A stretch of DNA of 62,850 nt, counting the filler, from Basidiobolus meristosporus CBS 931.73 (taxonomy: Eukaryota; Fungi; Basidiobolomycota), in assembly GCA_002104905.1 (NCBI GenBank). It is 3 parts of 3 records of this genome, joined end to end, with 100 filler letters (N's around TTAATTAATTAA, not from the genome) between each part and the next. Parts side by side here need not be neighbours in the genome. Positions count along the whole stretch, not along the records: positions 21,328 to 36,962 come from MCFE01001144.1; positions 37,063 to 62,850 come from MCFE01000925.1; 1 more part is not named here. One strand, written 5' to 3'. Shown here piece after piece: positions 26,601 to 40,150 of this stretch. The first letter of the stretch is position 1, and every line of letters begins with the position of its first letter. The notes under the pieces are model-generated. The model was given only the letters and a program-made list of their open reading frames with translations, had not been told where the DNA came from and searched no databases. A program made the translations under genes and the position numbers.

Positions 26601-26806
26601 TTGGGGTGTTGATTGGTGCATAAGATAAGTAAAAAATTGCATCATTAATCAGCTGATGTCTTGGCAACTCCTAAGTGGTTGGATAGATCTCAGATGACTA
26701 ATCCTTTGGAAAGGCTCAGCAGATCAGTTGAGAACATAATGACCACTTGAGAATTTATCAGGTCTGACAGCTAAAAATAGATTCTGAGGAGTGATAAGAT
26801 ACACCA
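23640..26806 (-). mobile_element. Ty3/Gypsy element D, decayed (LTR, gag, protease, RT; 3' part lost)
   Basis: gag NWARLLPLCF; zinc knuckle CFECGKLGH; protease ALLDTGSSNSF; RT LKRPCLDPKSLN, DDKFPIPRIHDIF, EKCSF..INLIGF; putative LTR 26209-26806 with TGTTGTATC/GATACACCA ends. Confidence 0.8.
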
Positions 26807-26899
26807 TAACGGGATTGGTTATGTTTGGGTTAGGGAAAATCAGTTAGGGCACTAGATTTTCTAACAGAGTGAAATTGGCTAAGTTTTAAATGCTCATGC

Positions 26900-28520
26900 A
26901 CCATAGTATTCACTAATACCTGAACTGTTTTTATTGAGGTTGCAGCAGCTCCTGATATCCATTTTGCTAGATCAATTGCAGACTAATTTTATTTCCTAAT
27001 GTAGCTTCTGGCCAGTGACTTATTTGATAGAATCATCAACACCCAATTAGATCTTATTTAATACTACTGATTTGACAGATAACACTGATGTACTGATAAG
27101 CTAAACATAAAGCTAATTGATTGGACTAAAAGCTGATCTAACTTAAATATTCTGCCAGTAAGTTATCACAAACTCCCCTACAAATGTTGCAAGGCTTCTC
27201 CTGAGTCACTTTTCTTGTGATGCCTATATCTTGATGGTTTAGCATTGGCAGCATATCCTACAAGCTTGAGTCTGTCTCTATAAGCTATATCTTGCTGACT
27301 ATTCCTTTGCTTGTCCAATAGTGGTAAGTTGCAAATAGACATTTTCTAATGATCTTGAATAGTCCTGTCCATTGAGGCTCAAGCTTTTTCCAAGTGTTGA
27401 TTATCAGCAATACAATGTTCCCAACTGCTAATGCTTCAGGTGGTATAGTCTTTTCAAATCCCTGCTTCATCTCTTCTGCACTTGGAGATGCTTTGGCCTA
27501 TGCCTCTTGACATTTTTTTTCCAGTTACTAGTGTCTACTTGGCTGACTGAGCTCATCCCTCAATGCATCCAAAAGCTTTGCTTGTATGAGATCTCCTGGA
27601 ATTTTTGGTTCACATTCATACAACAATTAAAATGGCAATTGTTGGGTGGTATTGTGCACTCTAACTCTGCAGGCAAATAGTGCTTGATGTATATAAACAT
27701 CTAATCTGCTGACAACTCCATTTGCTTTCTTAGTTAGCATTTTTCCAAATAATCATCAAACTGCTCAGTTACTTCTTTAGTTCAAGAGTGATATGTCAAG
27801 ATTTTCATGTGTTTGAACTGCTGCATTTGCAGATAAGCTTCCAATATATTTGCCATTAAGTTTGCTTCTCTTTCAGATAATACTTCTTCAGCACATGCAA
27901 GCTTCATCAGGATCACATGGTGGATGAAACTTGCATATTGTTTTTCCTTGTCTGCAGGCACAGCTTTAGCAACTGGCCATTTAGTGACATGGTTGATTAA
28001 CACTGGATCTGATGGCTGCATTTCCAGGTGGTTGGCAGTCTTCTAATAAAGTCAATTTCCCATCTCTTAAATGGTCTTACAGGCTCAAAGGAAAAAAGTT
28101 TGGCAATTCTTGGTGTTTGCCTTTGCTAATTTGGCAACTTGGGCATGTTTTCACCAGCTTCTCAATATGTTATTTCATTCTGGGCTGCTATGCTCTGGTA
28201 TTCACCAGGCTATGGATCCCTTCAATTCCAAGATGTCCAAATCTATTGTGTAGCATATGCATTAGATTCAGACAAGCAACATAAGGGCAATATGTAACAG
28301 GGCTTCCATCAGTAATCAGGTAGTGTGTATCATCCTGTACAACATATTTGCTCTCTTCATCCCAGATTATCTTCTTGCTATCTTTATCTATCCCATTAGG
28401 AGTGGCTTGGTCCTCCAAGTACCTTGGTAATATGCTAGGCCAATCTGATTCATGCACCAAGTTGAGTTGCACAACTTGTTCTAGTCTTGATAAGGCATTA
28501 GCGGCTATGTTATTTTTCAT
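26900..28520 (-). mobile_element. Older Gypsy-C copy (3' LTR remnant plus integrase)
   Basis: Similar to 52250-53900; NALSRLEQVVQLNLVHESDWP, HVTKWPVAKAVP. Confidence 0.8.
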
Positions 28521-28529
28521 GATATGGTG

Positions 28530-30380
28530 TTATGGCTAAAGAAGCAGTGTGTTTCCAAAATATTACTAACTAGGGCTCTGAAGATTTACTACCACATCTG
28601 CCAAAATTGTTTTAGTATGCAACTGGCCATGTTTATGGTACAATTGGATAACTATCATTCAGCTGGCAACATATAACCTAAAGACCTTCCTGATGCCTGT
28701 CTGTGTCAATAGTTGCACGGCATTCACATTAGAAAATGCCACCATTACATAGTGTCCAACTTGCCAGGAATCCACCACCATAGGAGGAAAGCATTGCTTA
28801 CACCCCTGGTATATTCCAATAGTAAGCAGCCTAAAGAAGCTTATGCAGTCCAACAATTTTTGTGAAGCTAGAAAATACTGCCCTCAGTATCAATCAAGCA
28901 CAAACATTTCCAATATTATCAATGACTAATATTGCAAATGACAAAGAAGCAAGGGCTACTCTAAAGGTATATATGACTATGCTTTTGCCTTGGCACTTGA
29001 TGGATTCTCATCAAACAAGTACTCTGATATCAAATACAGCTGGCCACTCACTCTGATCAGCCTGAATTTGCCACCTACCTTACTGTATCCAAGCAGAGAT
29101 CTGATGGTAGTCTCACTAGTATTTGGTCCTACATTGCTGTCCAACCTGGATATCTACCTGTATCCATTGCTGAATGAGTCTTGAATGCTTCCAGCAGGAT
29201 ACTACCAAATAGTACATACTTATATCTTGGCAGTTACCTGTGCAGCACATGATTGGGGAGATAGGAAGTGAGTTAAGTTGCAAGTACTACCATATCCCAA
29301 ACTCATCAAGAATATTATCTACAAGTTTATCATGGAAGTGATGAGTTGGCTCATGAAGGACAGCCAGTAAGTGTTGGAAAAGTAACAAGAACAGATGGGC
29401 ACATGGAGACACCTATGCCTTTGGCATTAAGAAGCCAAGTAACCCCAATGTGTCAATAATCAGCTAAGTAATACAAAGTTGAGTAGGGTACATCAAGCAA
29501 CTTATTTTCTTTGGGCAACTTTACTAGAGTACTCTGGGTTTCTCTTATTCACAAGCCAGTCTCTACACCATTCAATACAGACTTTGCGCAAACAAGAGCC
29601 AAAGCACATCTAGAATGGGGACTAGAACTCAGCAGGGAGATGTAATTTGTTGGTTAAGCACCAAGAAGTTCTTAGCGGATAATTAGGAGGTATTCATGGA
29701 AAAGGTGGTAACAACCAAATATATGCTTGCATTGCATATACGTTACCAGTGATAGAAGGTCTATGTTGTGAGTACTAAATAGAGTACCCACTCTTTGTCC
29801 AAGAGTTCTCCCCAGAGTCCTACCCCAAGTCCCTCTGTATTCTCCCTATGATTCCCCCATGTGTCCTCCCTCCTATCCCTGCCCTTGACTAGTGAGAACA
29901 CTTACCATAACAGAAGGTGTTCACACCCCTATTTTATAACACATTGTCTATTATCTGAGCCCCCCCAAGTGATGCATATAAATCTATCCATTTGAACCAA
30001 GTGAAGGCACAGGAAGATTTGGATGGAATAAACAAAAGTCCTTATTACCTTGCTACCTTCTATTGGAAGCTATTCTGAGCCAAGTGGAACTGACTTAACC
30101 TACAAGCTCTCCCACTCACCAAGTACAGTCTGTAATAATCAACATATGGCAACCTTTTAAGTATCACACTAAGAAGACACAAAACTGAGGCTATACAAGT
30201 GTATCAATTGCAGTAGGTATGTATGTATGTTGAGGTTGGTAAGCAGGAGACCATATTTTTCTTGATTTAAACTATATCACATGTACTCAGAGTAGTAGTG
30301 AGTAGGCCAACAAATTGGGGTGGTTATAGAGTGGATTATATCAATTGTGCAAAGTAAATTAGCAAAAGATATTACCATTT
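28530..30380 (+). pseudogene. CACTA transposase fragments with internal deletion
   Basis: ALDGFSSNKYSDIKYSWPLTLISLNLPP..NLDIYLYPLLNE; later parts match 11100-11850. Confidence 0.75.
29764..30144. repeat. Solo-LTR-like 381-bp insertion
   Basis: TGTTG...CAACA ends, TATA-like motif and AATAAA, interrupts the CACTA transposase; no TSD found. Confidence 0.55.
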
Positions 30381-30749
30381 TCATTCCTGGCTGTTCTCTA
30401 TATGCCAATGCATCACATCCATGACCAACTCAATGGTGATTTTCTTGCAGGTATTGGGATATAGTATTACTTGCAACTTGACTTGTATTCCTATTTAAAT
30501 GTGCACAACTTGGTCATTAGTATAGGGATGAAAGATGGTAAGGATTCCAATTAGGCAAGCTTGGATAAGCTTTGCACAGATGCCCAAAATCCGTATTCTT
30601 CCTCTGGAAGCTGACCTAATTTGTCAATGCACTAACTTACTCCCTGTCTGCTACTCTGGAAATCTTGCCTTGATGAGCTACTTGTAAATAGCTCTGGGGA
30701 GACACTTGATACCACTAATATATGATGCAGTACATTAGGCATATAAGGC

Positions 30750-32400
30750 AGAAACTCATTCAAAATCACCTAGGTTTCCAAAGTTGATGCATGTACAGGT
30801 AAGTCTGGTCTGTACTGCAAAAATTGAGCACAAATTTGTTGATGAGCAGCTTCCTCACTAAATTCCTGTGCTGTCAGCTCATTCTTGGTATAAAAGCTTG
30901 TCTTGTTATATATCTTCTTAAAAATATCTGCTGGCATCTAGATGTAGAGCTTATGGCACAGCTTCCTACTCAAGTTCTTCCATCTCTGTCAACTCTCTGA
31001 TGTATCCAGTTTTGCTACAGTGATGAGTGATGACAAATATCTGTATGAAGGCTCTTCATACATACTTAGTCCATACTGAAACAATCTTGCAAGAACTTGA
31101 ACAGATCCAACTTTATCTCCTCCAGTCCAAATAGTGCTAGTGAGCCAGGGGGAGGGATTTTGCATGGGTTGTAGTATATGATAAATTAAAGCTAGGAATG
31201 GGGGCCATAGTGAGCAATCTAAATATTGATACAGATGTATATTGGCATTAACCTGGTACTATATGAGAAATATATAACAACTGATGTGATTTTCCATATG
31301 TTACACATAATGCATTTTGGATTGCATCGATACAGATCAGATCACATATTTTGCCAATTGCCTATTTGCTTATGGACTTGTGCATACCATTAATAAAATT
31401 GCCAAGTCATTGCTAGCAGGTGATTTTGCAACTTATTGATAAAATACATGGCAATTTATGGAGATTTCATACAAGGCATGGAAAATCAGATAAATAACTG
31501 ATTGCACCAAATCAATTCAAATCATATCTACCTGACTACCAACCAATCTTAATATGACTTGCTCATTCAAATGGTCTTCTCTCATCAATCTCATTGCTAC
31601 CACTGGATTTCCCTATGAAATATCAGCAGAGGTCTATGCCAGGTACTGTGGACCATCTACTCAAATCAACTCAAGGAGATTCCTTGTTGAGCTTCTCTGC
31701 TATTCCAGGTGCTTTTGCCCTAGAAGCTTTCATCCCACCGCCCATGGCAACAAAAGTCCCAGAAGCTTTCTTTACCAGCTGACAGCAATGAAGAATCACC
31801 TTGCAGAGGGTAAGAGTGACTTAGAGCAAGATTGGAATACTAGGTTCAGAAGCTCCAATAGACTTCAGTATCCCAGAGTGCTCAGCAATAGGTTCCATGT
31901 CAGGAGTATATTAGACATCTTCCCACTTAGTACTTACATACCCTGCAGAGGGCAAAGGCACTTATATTCTGGCAAATACAAGGCATGCTGTGTCAAGTTT
32001 CAGTCACTGTCTAACATTGAGGGTAACATCTTCTGGTTTGGTGGGCTATTTGCTGGAAGTAGGCATGCCAAAACACTTGGGATAGAGAATCATCCAGAAT
32101 TCAGTAGAGAAGAGAAATGTATAGCAGACTTAGCTTATATAGTATAGGATTGTCAGAGATAAGTATGTATTACAGCTTATAGGAAGCAAATGAATGGTGT
32201 AACCAGCAGAAAGCAAAACCTCTTTAATGAGTTGTTTAATCATCTCAGACTGAGAGTAGAGCATGTGAGTACTCAATATAGTATTCAGCATATTGGTTGG
32301 TAACTACAGAGGAAATCAAAATACAGCAGAAAGCAGAAGAATAGTAAAGCAGTCAAGATGCCTATCTAAGCACAATATATTCATACAAGAAAACATTTTG
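30750..32400. mobile_element. Harbinger-like copy H2, decayed (accessory gene on minus at about 30770-31230; transposase on plus at 31554 to about 32390)
   Basis: ORF 31554-32147 is colinear with 44319-45203; accessory fragment matches 42690-43060. Confidence 0.85.
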
Positions 32401-32985
32401 TTGTGTTGTATTATGATTGGTTTGGGGCTTGTTCTACAATGTAGTGGCTAACCAACATTAAACATCAACTTTCAATATGCTAATACTGAAATAGTTTATT
32501 GGGAGTTTGATATACCTACAGAAGATACAACTTTCACTAATATCCTCAATCAGAGGCTCAGAAAATACTATAGGCAGTGTTTCACACTTCTACAGTAGTG
32601 TTCTGACCTTCTGTTGACTAATGGGCTTATTTACTTTTGTAGTAACTTTTCCTTATTTGGAAGTCACTTCTCCTTTCTTAGAAGATATTTCCTAATATGG
32701 AAATTCTGAGCTCCCCTTTAACTTAAAGGGGTGTGTTGTAGAAGTCTCTAAAGGAGTGTCTAAAGGGTGTCTTTAGAGAAATGAGGCTTCTTGCAGTGGT
32801 CTCTAAAGTAGACTTTACACTAAAGGGGTGCCTAAAGGGGCTTCTTTAGAGTAAAGGGGTTTCTTAAAGGGGTCTCTAAAGGGGTCTTTACACTAAAGGG
32901 GTGTGTTCAGAGTATATGGGTTTCTCAGAGGAGACTTTTCCAACAGAAAAGTTGTAGTTTCTTGTAGTACTTAGGAGTACTTAGA
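32400..32985. repeat. Segment homologous to the interior of the LTR at 38172-39230, with TAAAGGGG-rich short repeats
   Basis: Colinear with about 38310-38780. Confidence 0.75.
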
Positions 32986-35434
32986 CAAGCTTGTGATAAT
33001 CTACCTAGATGATATACTGATATACAGCAAGACAGAAGATGATCACTTGGTGCACATTGAAAAGGTCTTGAAGAAGCTAAGAGAGAACAAGCTTTATGGT
33101 AAGCTACCCAAGTGTGAATTCTTCAAGGAATTTGTTAAATATCTGGGGCACATTGTAGCTAACACACAGATGACTTTAGATCCTGGGAAGGTTAAAGTTA
33201 TCAAGAATCTGAAGCAGCCCCATAGCATTTCAGAGCTCAGATCATTCCTTGAAATGGTTTTCTAATATTGGAGAAATTGTTGAGTCCTTTGCAAGTATTG
33301 CAGCCTCTTTAACTGATATCCTCAAGAAAGACAATACCTACAAGTGAAACATAGCTTGTAAGACTGCCTTCCAGATGCTCAAGAATGAACTTGCTAAGCT
33401 ACCAAGCATAGGAATACCTGACTTCAGAAAGAGTTCACTCTGTGCACAGATGCTTCAGATTATGCAATTAGTGGAGATGGAGTGTTGAGCCAGGAAAATG
33501 AGGGAAAGGACTACCCAGTTGCCTTAGAATTGAAGAAACTGAACTCAGCAGAACAAACCTATCCAGAGCATGAGAAGGAGATGCATGCTATAATACACTG
33601 TGTGAATACATGGAGATGCTATATTGAAGGGGTCAAATGCACTGTGAAGACTGATTATGCCTTGCTCAGGTATATACTTACTCAGAAGGTACTCTCTAGA
33701 AGAATGACACAATGGAGTGAATACATTTGGCAGTTTGACTTGGAGATTGTCTACTGCCCTGGGAAAAACAACACAGTTGCTGATGCCTTATCAAGATTAG
33801 AACAAGTTGCCCAACTTAACTTTGTGCATGAATTGGATTGGCCTAGACTATAACCAAAGTACTTGGAGGACCAAGCCATTCCTAATGAGGTGGATGAGGA
33901 GAGAAAGAAGATAATCTGGGATAAAGACAGCAAATATGTGGTGCAGGATGAAACACTCTACCAAATTGTTGATGGAAGCCCTATTGCCTATTGCCTGTAT
34001 GTTGCTTGCCTGGATTTAATACATGAGCTACACAATGGATATGGACATCTTGGGATTGAAGGAACCTATATCCTTGTGAAAGACAGAGCACGGTGTCCCA
34101 GAATGAAACAAGATATCAAGAAGCTAGTGAAACTTGCCAAACTGCCAAATCAATCAAGGCTAGCCACAAAAAATGGCTGAACTCTTTCCCCTGGAGCCTG
34201 TCAGACCATTTGAAAGATAGGGAATTAACTTTATTGGAAAGCTGCCAACTACCAGGAAATGCAACCATTAGATCCCAGTTGCAATTGACCTGCCACCAAA
34301 TAGCCAGTGAACAAGAAGTTGCAAGTTTCATCTACCATGAGATCCTGATGAAGCTTGGATTCCCTGTAGGGATTCTATCCAATAGAGGTGCAAACTTTAT
34401 GGCAAAGACATTGGAAGCTTACCTGGAAATGCTGCAGATCAAACACTTGAGAACCTTGGCATATCACCGCAGAGCTAATGGAGTCACTGAATGGTTTAAT
34501 GGATTATTTGGAAAATGCTGACCAAGTATGCAAATGGATTTGTCAGTATATGGATGAGTATATAGACCAGGCCACTCATTGTATGCAGAGTCAGAGTACA
34601 CAACACCACCCATCAATTGCCATTTTACTTAGTATATGGATGCAAACCAAGGATTCCAGGAGATCTCACACAACCAAAGCTTACAGACACCTTAGAGGAT
34701 GAGCTCAGTCAGCCAAGTAGACACCAGCAGCTGGACAAAGATGTCAAGAGGCACAGACCAAAGTATCTCAAAGTGTAGAAAGTTGAAGAAGAGATTTGAT
34801 AAACAATAGCTGTAGAAGCATTGACAGTTGGAACTTTTTATTGCTAAGAAGCAACACTTGTAAGGAGTTTGAGCACAATGGCAGACCATTCAAGATCATC
34901 AGAGAATGTCCATTTGCAGCTTACCAACTAGTGGACAAACAAGGCAATATCCAGGAGACTAAGTGCATAGGGACAGACTCAGCTTGCAAGACTTGCTGAT
35001 AATACTGACCATCAAGATATTGGTATCACAGCAAAGAGTTTCAGGAGAACCTCTCAGCTGTAGTAGGGAGAATGTTATAATATACACCTGAATGTGTAAG
35101 TTAGATTAGCTTAGTCATATCAATTAGTTATATGTTTAGCTTATCAGTAAATCAGTATTATCTATGAAATCAGTAGCATTAGTCAGCAAATGAATCAGCA
35201 GATCCTTATCTGACAGAAATAGATATATTAAATAGGATCTATTGGGTGATGATGATGCCATCAAATGAGTCATCAGACACAGCCTACATTAGGAAATACA
35301 ATTAGTTAGCAATTGATCTGCAAAATGTATATAAGGAGCTGCTGGAACCTCAATAAAAATCAGTTCAAGTTTTAGTGAATACATACTAGCTAAACTCCTA
35401 TTCCTCTACAGCTCTTATACCCAGACTTGTAACA
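32985..35434 (+). mobile_element. Gypsy-C copy 3 (RT-RNaseH-integrase pseudogene plus 3' LTR 35073-35434)
   Basis: IIYLDDILIYS, YPVALELKKL, ILSNRGANF; PPT agtagggagaa before TGTTATAA; LTR ends TTGTAACA. Confidence 0.9.
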
Positions 35435-35817
35435 ATTAAGACCCCAGAATATTGAAGAAGCCATTAAGATTGCCATTGACTATGACTCTGCAATGCTTGG
35501 AGTTGGAAGCCCACAGCTGTTAATAACAAAACTGCAATAACTAGGTAAGATGACAATCAAAAGCAGTGCCAAAGGAATAGACACAAGCAAGGAATCCGGA
35601 TTAGAAGAATGCAAGACAAAAGGACTTTGTTATAGTTGCCACCAGCATGGGCACATATCAGAGTACTGCCCTCTGCAAGAAATGACCATTACCAAGAACC
35701 ATCACTGTATTGAAGCCCAGGAGCCTAGTGAAGTGGCGATGACTATAGAATCTGAGTTCTTTGCCTTCTTCATGACAAAAGTACATTTATGCTCAGTGAC
35801 TCAAACTTGGAAAGTAT
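35435..35817 (+). pseudogene. gag: Gypsy-C gag fragment sandwiched between two LTRs
   Basis: PQNIEEAIKIAIDYDS and zinc knuckle CYSCHQHGHISEYC. Confidence 0.8.
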
Positions 35818-36962
35818 TGTTACAAGTCTTGGTATAAGAGTTGTAGAGGAATAGGAGTTTGGCTAGTAGTGTATTCACTAAAACTTGAACTGATCTTTAT
35901 TGAGGTTCCAGCAGCTCCTTATATACATTTTGCCAGATCAGTTGCTGACTAATTGTATTTCCTAATGTAGGTGTGGCTGATGACTCATTTAATTGCATCA
36001 TCATCACCCAATAAGTCCTACTTAATATTCTATTTCTGTCTGATAAGGATCTGCTGATTCACTTGCTGACTAATGCTACTGATTGATAGATAATACTGAT
36101 ATACTACAACTAAGCATATAACTAATTGATTTGACTAAAAACTACTAACATAAACATTCAAGCGCAGATCATAACATTCTCCCTGCTAAAGCTGAGAGGG
36201 TTCTCCTGAATCTCTTTTCTTGTGATCACAGTATCTGGATGTCAGTATTATCAGCAAGTCTTGCAAGTTGAGTCTGTCCTATGCACTAAGTCTTCACGGA
36301 TATTGCCTTGTTTGTCCACTAGTTGGTAAGTTGCAAATGGACATTCTCTGATGATCTTGAATGGTCTGTCCATTGTGCTCAAACTTCTTCAAGTGTTATT
36401 TCTTAGCAATACAAAGTCCCAACTGTCAATGCTTCTGTGCTATAGTCTTATCAATCTCTGCTTCATCTTTTCTGCACTCTGAGATACTTTGGTCTGTGCT
36501 CTTGACGTCTTTGTTCCAGTTGCTGGTGTCTACTTGGCTGACTGAGTTCATCTTCTAAGGTGTCTGTAAGCTTTGGTTGTGTGAGATCTCCTGGAATCCT
36601 TGGTTCACATCCATACACTAAGTAAAAAGGTGATTGCTGGGTGGTGTTGTGTACTCGGACTCTGCATGCAAAGAGTGCCTGGTCTATATACTCATCCCAT
36701 CTACTGACAACTTCATTGGCATACTTGGTCAGCATTTTCCAAATAATCCATTAAACCTCTCAGTGACTACATTAGTTCTGGGGTGATATCCCAAGGTTTT
36801 CAAGTGATTAATCTGCTGCATTTCCAGGTAAGCCTCTAATGTCTTTGCCATAAAGCTTGCTCCTCTATCACATAAGATCTCCACAGGGCATCCAAGCTTC
36901 ATCAGGATCTCATGGTAGATGAAACTTGCAACTTCTTGTTCACTGGCTATTGGTACAGCTTT
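35818..36962 (-). mobile_element. Gypsy-C copy 4 (3' LTR 35818-36176, PPT, integrase C-terminus), cut by gap
   Basis: LTR and integrase closely match 52190-53350. Confidence 0.9.
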
Positions 36963-37062
36963 NNNNNNNNNNNNNNNNNNNNNNNNNNNNNNNNNNNNNN
37001 NNNNNNTTAATTAATTAANNNNNNNNNNNNNNNNNNNNNNNNNNNNNNNNNNNNNNNNNNNN
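36963..37062. other. Assembly gap with TTAATTAATTAA linker
   Basis: N-run; linker at 37007-37018. Confidence 0.95.
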
Positions 37063-37189
37063 AACTGGCCTACCCCCACAAATCTAACACAAGCTTGTGG
37101 CTTTGTGGCAGCTTGTGGGTTCTTTAGGATCTGGATCCCAAGATTTTCTAAGATAGCAGAACCAACTTTGCAACAGAACCATGCAATAC

Positions 37190-40150
37190 TCAAGTGCATT
37201 TTCCTAATCATTGCTCTTGAAGAAGTGCTGTAAGCTTTTGCTGTGCCTATTATTACTCCAATATTTCAATGAAGGCATCATCAAAGTGTTCTGAATATTT
37301 GACATTGTTGCTATCACTGTCAGTGGAAAATCCACTCCATCTAAAATTGAGGATACAGAGGCTGTGGTAGACATATTGCTATTGTCTGCAAACTTATCAG
37401 CCTCAGTGGGGTATAGCTCATCTGGCTGCACTTCCAACTCTTATGAAATCAGATGTTGCCTTGTAGGCAATACTTCTTGGCTATTGTGGGATTCAGCATG
37501 TTTTATGCCTTTAGTATTGCTTAGTAAGAACTGCACCTTCTTTCCCATCCTTCTCTGTTTGTGGCTTTGGTAGACTGTTTTTCACCACCTTTTCCTTTAT
37601 CACTGCTACTTTGTCTGAGTGCTTTTTATATTGAGCTCCATTTTCCCCTTAATAAATCCTGCACTAGTGCATCCATTTCTGCCTGCTTGTGCCTTACTGG
37701 CACTCTTGCAGCTACCTAATATTTCTTTGCCATTTGTTTGGAGCTTTCATCCCTGGTTATGACAGGCTGCTAAGGAAGCCACTAGTTTCATGGTGCCAGC
37801 TCCTTCACTACTTCTGTGAACAAGTGCTTCTTGAATGGAACTACACTTTTTCCTTGTTAAGTGCTAAGCTGGAGCATCTATTTCTGCTGGTTTTTCTCTG
37901 ACCAGCACTCTTCTAGCATTTAATGTTTCTTTGGCACCTGTTTAGAGGCTTTGACCCTGCTTGTAATGAGCTTTTGAGGAGGATGCTGGTTGCTAGTCAT
38001 ATCACCCTTGTTCTTCTGCCTTTGGCACTATCTGCCATTAATGAGATACTTGTTAGCATACAAATACTGCCCAAAGTCCATTTACTGGATAGAACTCAGG
38101 ATACTGCTCATAGATCAGGTCAGGTGAGCACTGGTTGGCCTTGAGCTTCTGATGGTCCCATGGTATGCCAGTATAGTGTAGTCACAGTATCACCCACTAA
38201 CATATGTGCTCATTCCCATAATTTCTACTTCCTTATTTTTCTACTACACTTATTTTAGTTTTATCTGTTTTGTATTATTTGATCAGTACTTGCCCTTAAA
38301 CCAGCTGACCATCTGTTGTGTTGTATTATGATTAGTTTGGGGCTTGTTCTACAATTTAGAGGCTAATCAACAATGTACAACAACCTACAGTATGCTAATA
38401 CTGAAATAGTTTATTGGGAGTTTGATATACCAATAGAAGATATAACTTTCACTAATTTCCACAATATTAGGCTCAGAATATATTATAGGCAGTGTTTATC
38501 ACTTCTACAGCAATGTTCTGACCTTCTGTCAATTTACTTTTATAGTAACGTTTCTGTATTTGGAGGTCACTTTCCTTTCTGAGAAAATATGTCCCAATAT
38601 GGAAGTTCTGAACTCCCCTTTAACCTAAAGGGGTGTGTTGTAGAAGTCTCTAAAGGGGTGTCTTTAGAGTAAAGGGGTTTCTTAACAGGGTCTCTAAAGG
38701 GGTCTTTAGAGTAAAGGGGTTTCTTAGAGGGGACTTTTCTGACAGAAAAGTTGTTGTTTCTTGTAGAACTTAGATTGGATTCTTGTGAGCTTTGCAGTCT
38801 CTTTGCTGATGTAGTACTGATCAAAGTCAGAATACTCAACAGTGCAAGTGATGCATGGGAAGTCTTATTACCTTTAAACTTGTAATCGTAGTGTGGAGAT
38901 TCTGGAAAGAGAGGCTCTCCCTTTATTTTTCAGCTGGGGAAGTCATAAATATGAAGATTCTGAAGGATCAAAATTTCTGGGCAATTACGCAAGCAATGCA
39001 TGTGATAAGAATCTAAAAGTTTTTAAGACACCACTAAGTTGGGGATTGTAGCTCAGTAGTTTCCCATGACAAGCTTGTGGCTCCATTCCCCTTCATATTA
39101 GATTAGAGACAAGACCCCAGCATTCTTGGCAAGCCTTTGCAGGAGGTTACTGAACCCAGCAAGCACCCTACACACAAAACACTTGAGAAGTATTAGATTC
39201 ACCACCTCAACAAGTTTATACACCACCAGACCGGCCTTAAGGTGTAGGCATGCTAGACTTTTAACAGCCTCTTGAGTATTAGCCCATTTTTCATCACTGA
39301 ACCAAACAGCTTCACAGATGTTCAATGGCTTTTGATTTGTATTTTGAAGTAAAAACTGCAGTCTCTCAAGCCCATGCTGTGATAGGTTTTCTGTGAGCTT
39401 TAGCTTTGCACACTGTTATTGTATTTCAAAGACTTTATGGTCTTCCTCTGCTGTTACATTGGGAAATGGCTTGTTCTTGGCACTGACATTGTGCCAGAGT
39501 TCTAGCAGTCTCTTGAATATTAGCCCACTCATCATCATTGCTCTCAACAACCTCACTGATCTTCAACTTCTATTGATTTCTAGACTTTGATATAAATACC
39601 ACAGTCACTCCAGCACATTAATATAAGTTCTTCTATTGGCCTTATCTTTGGGCACTGTTGTTTTAGTCAAAAGACATAATGGGTTTTGAAGTTGATTAAT
39701 CTGGAAATGGCTCAATTATTGGCTGTGACATTGAGCTACCTGAGCTTCTTTTTTGCAGTCTAGATACAACATTCTCTACCTAGAGTATAGATTGCTCTAC
39801 ATGATTACCCACTCATCCTATCTCTGGACCACCTCCTGACTTCTCTAGATCAATGGATTTATCTTATTAGCCATTGCAACTATTTGACATGTTAGTGCCT
39901 TGGAATAAGCTGGCAGTATACTAGCTGATACTAGTGGTGGTGAGGTTATTACAGTCGTTTGCTAGTCTTCAACTGGATGTCCCACATTTGCTGCATTCCA
40001 ATCAGCCTGAGCAAATGAATGGCTTAAGGTACCACTGGTATACTAGCTTGATTACTTAATGGACAGCCTGAGGAGGCTGTAATGTGAACATGTTGGTTTT
40101 TAGACAAAGCAGCCCTTGTAGTACTCAATGTTAAAGCTAGTTGCCATCAA
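37190..40150 (-). mobile_element. CACTA ORF2 copy interrupted by an LTR
   Basis: Colinear with 6950-8600; flanks of 38172-39230 rejoin to match 7921-7965. Confidence 0.75.
38172..39230 (+). repeat. Solo LTR, B-related variant (1059 bp)
   Basis: First about 120 bp and last about 200 bp align to LTR-B, interior differs; TSD CCAG (38168-38171) / CCGG (39231-39234). Confidence 0.8.

Noticed and set aside
32710-32940. CRISPR-like or telomere-like array
   Set aside because: Irregular degenerate TAAAGGGG units with no constant repeat-spacer period, located inside an LTR-related segment
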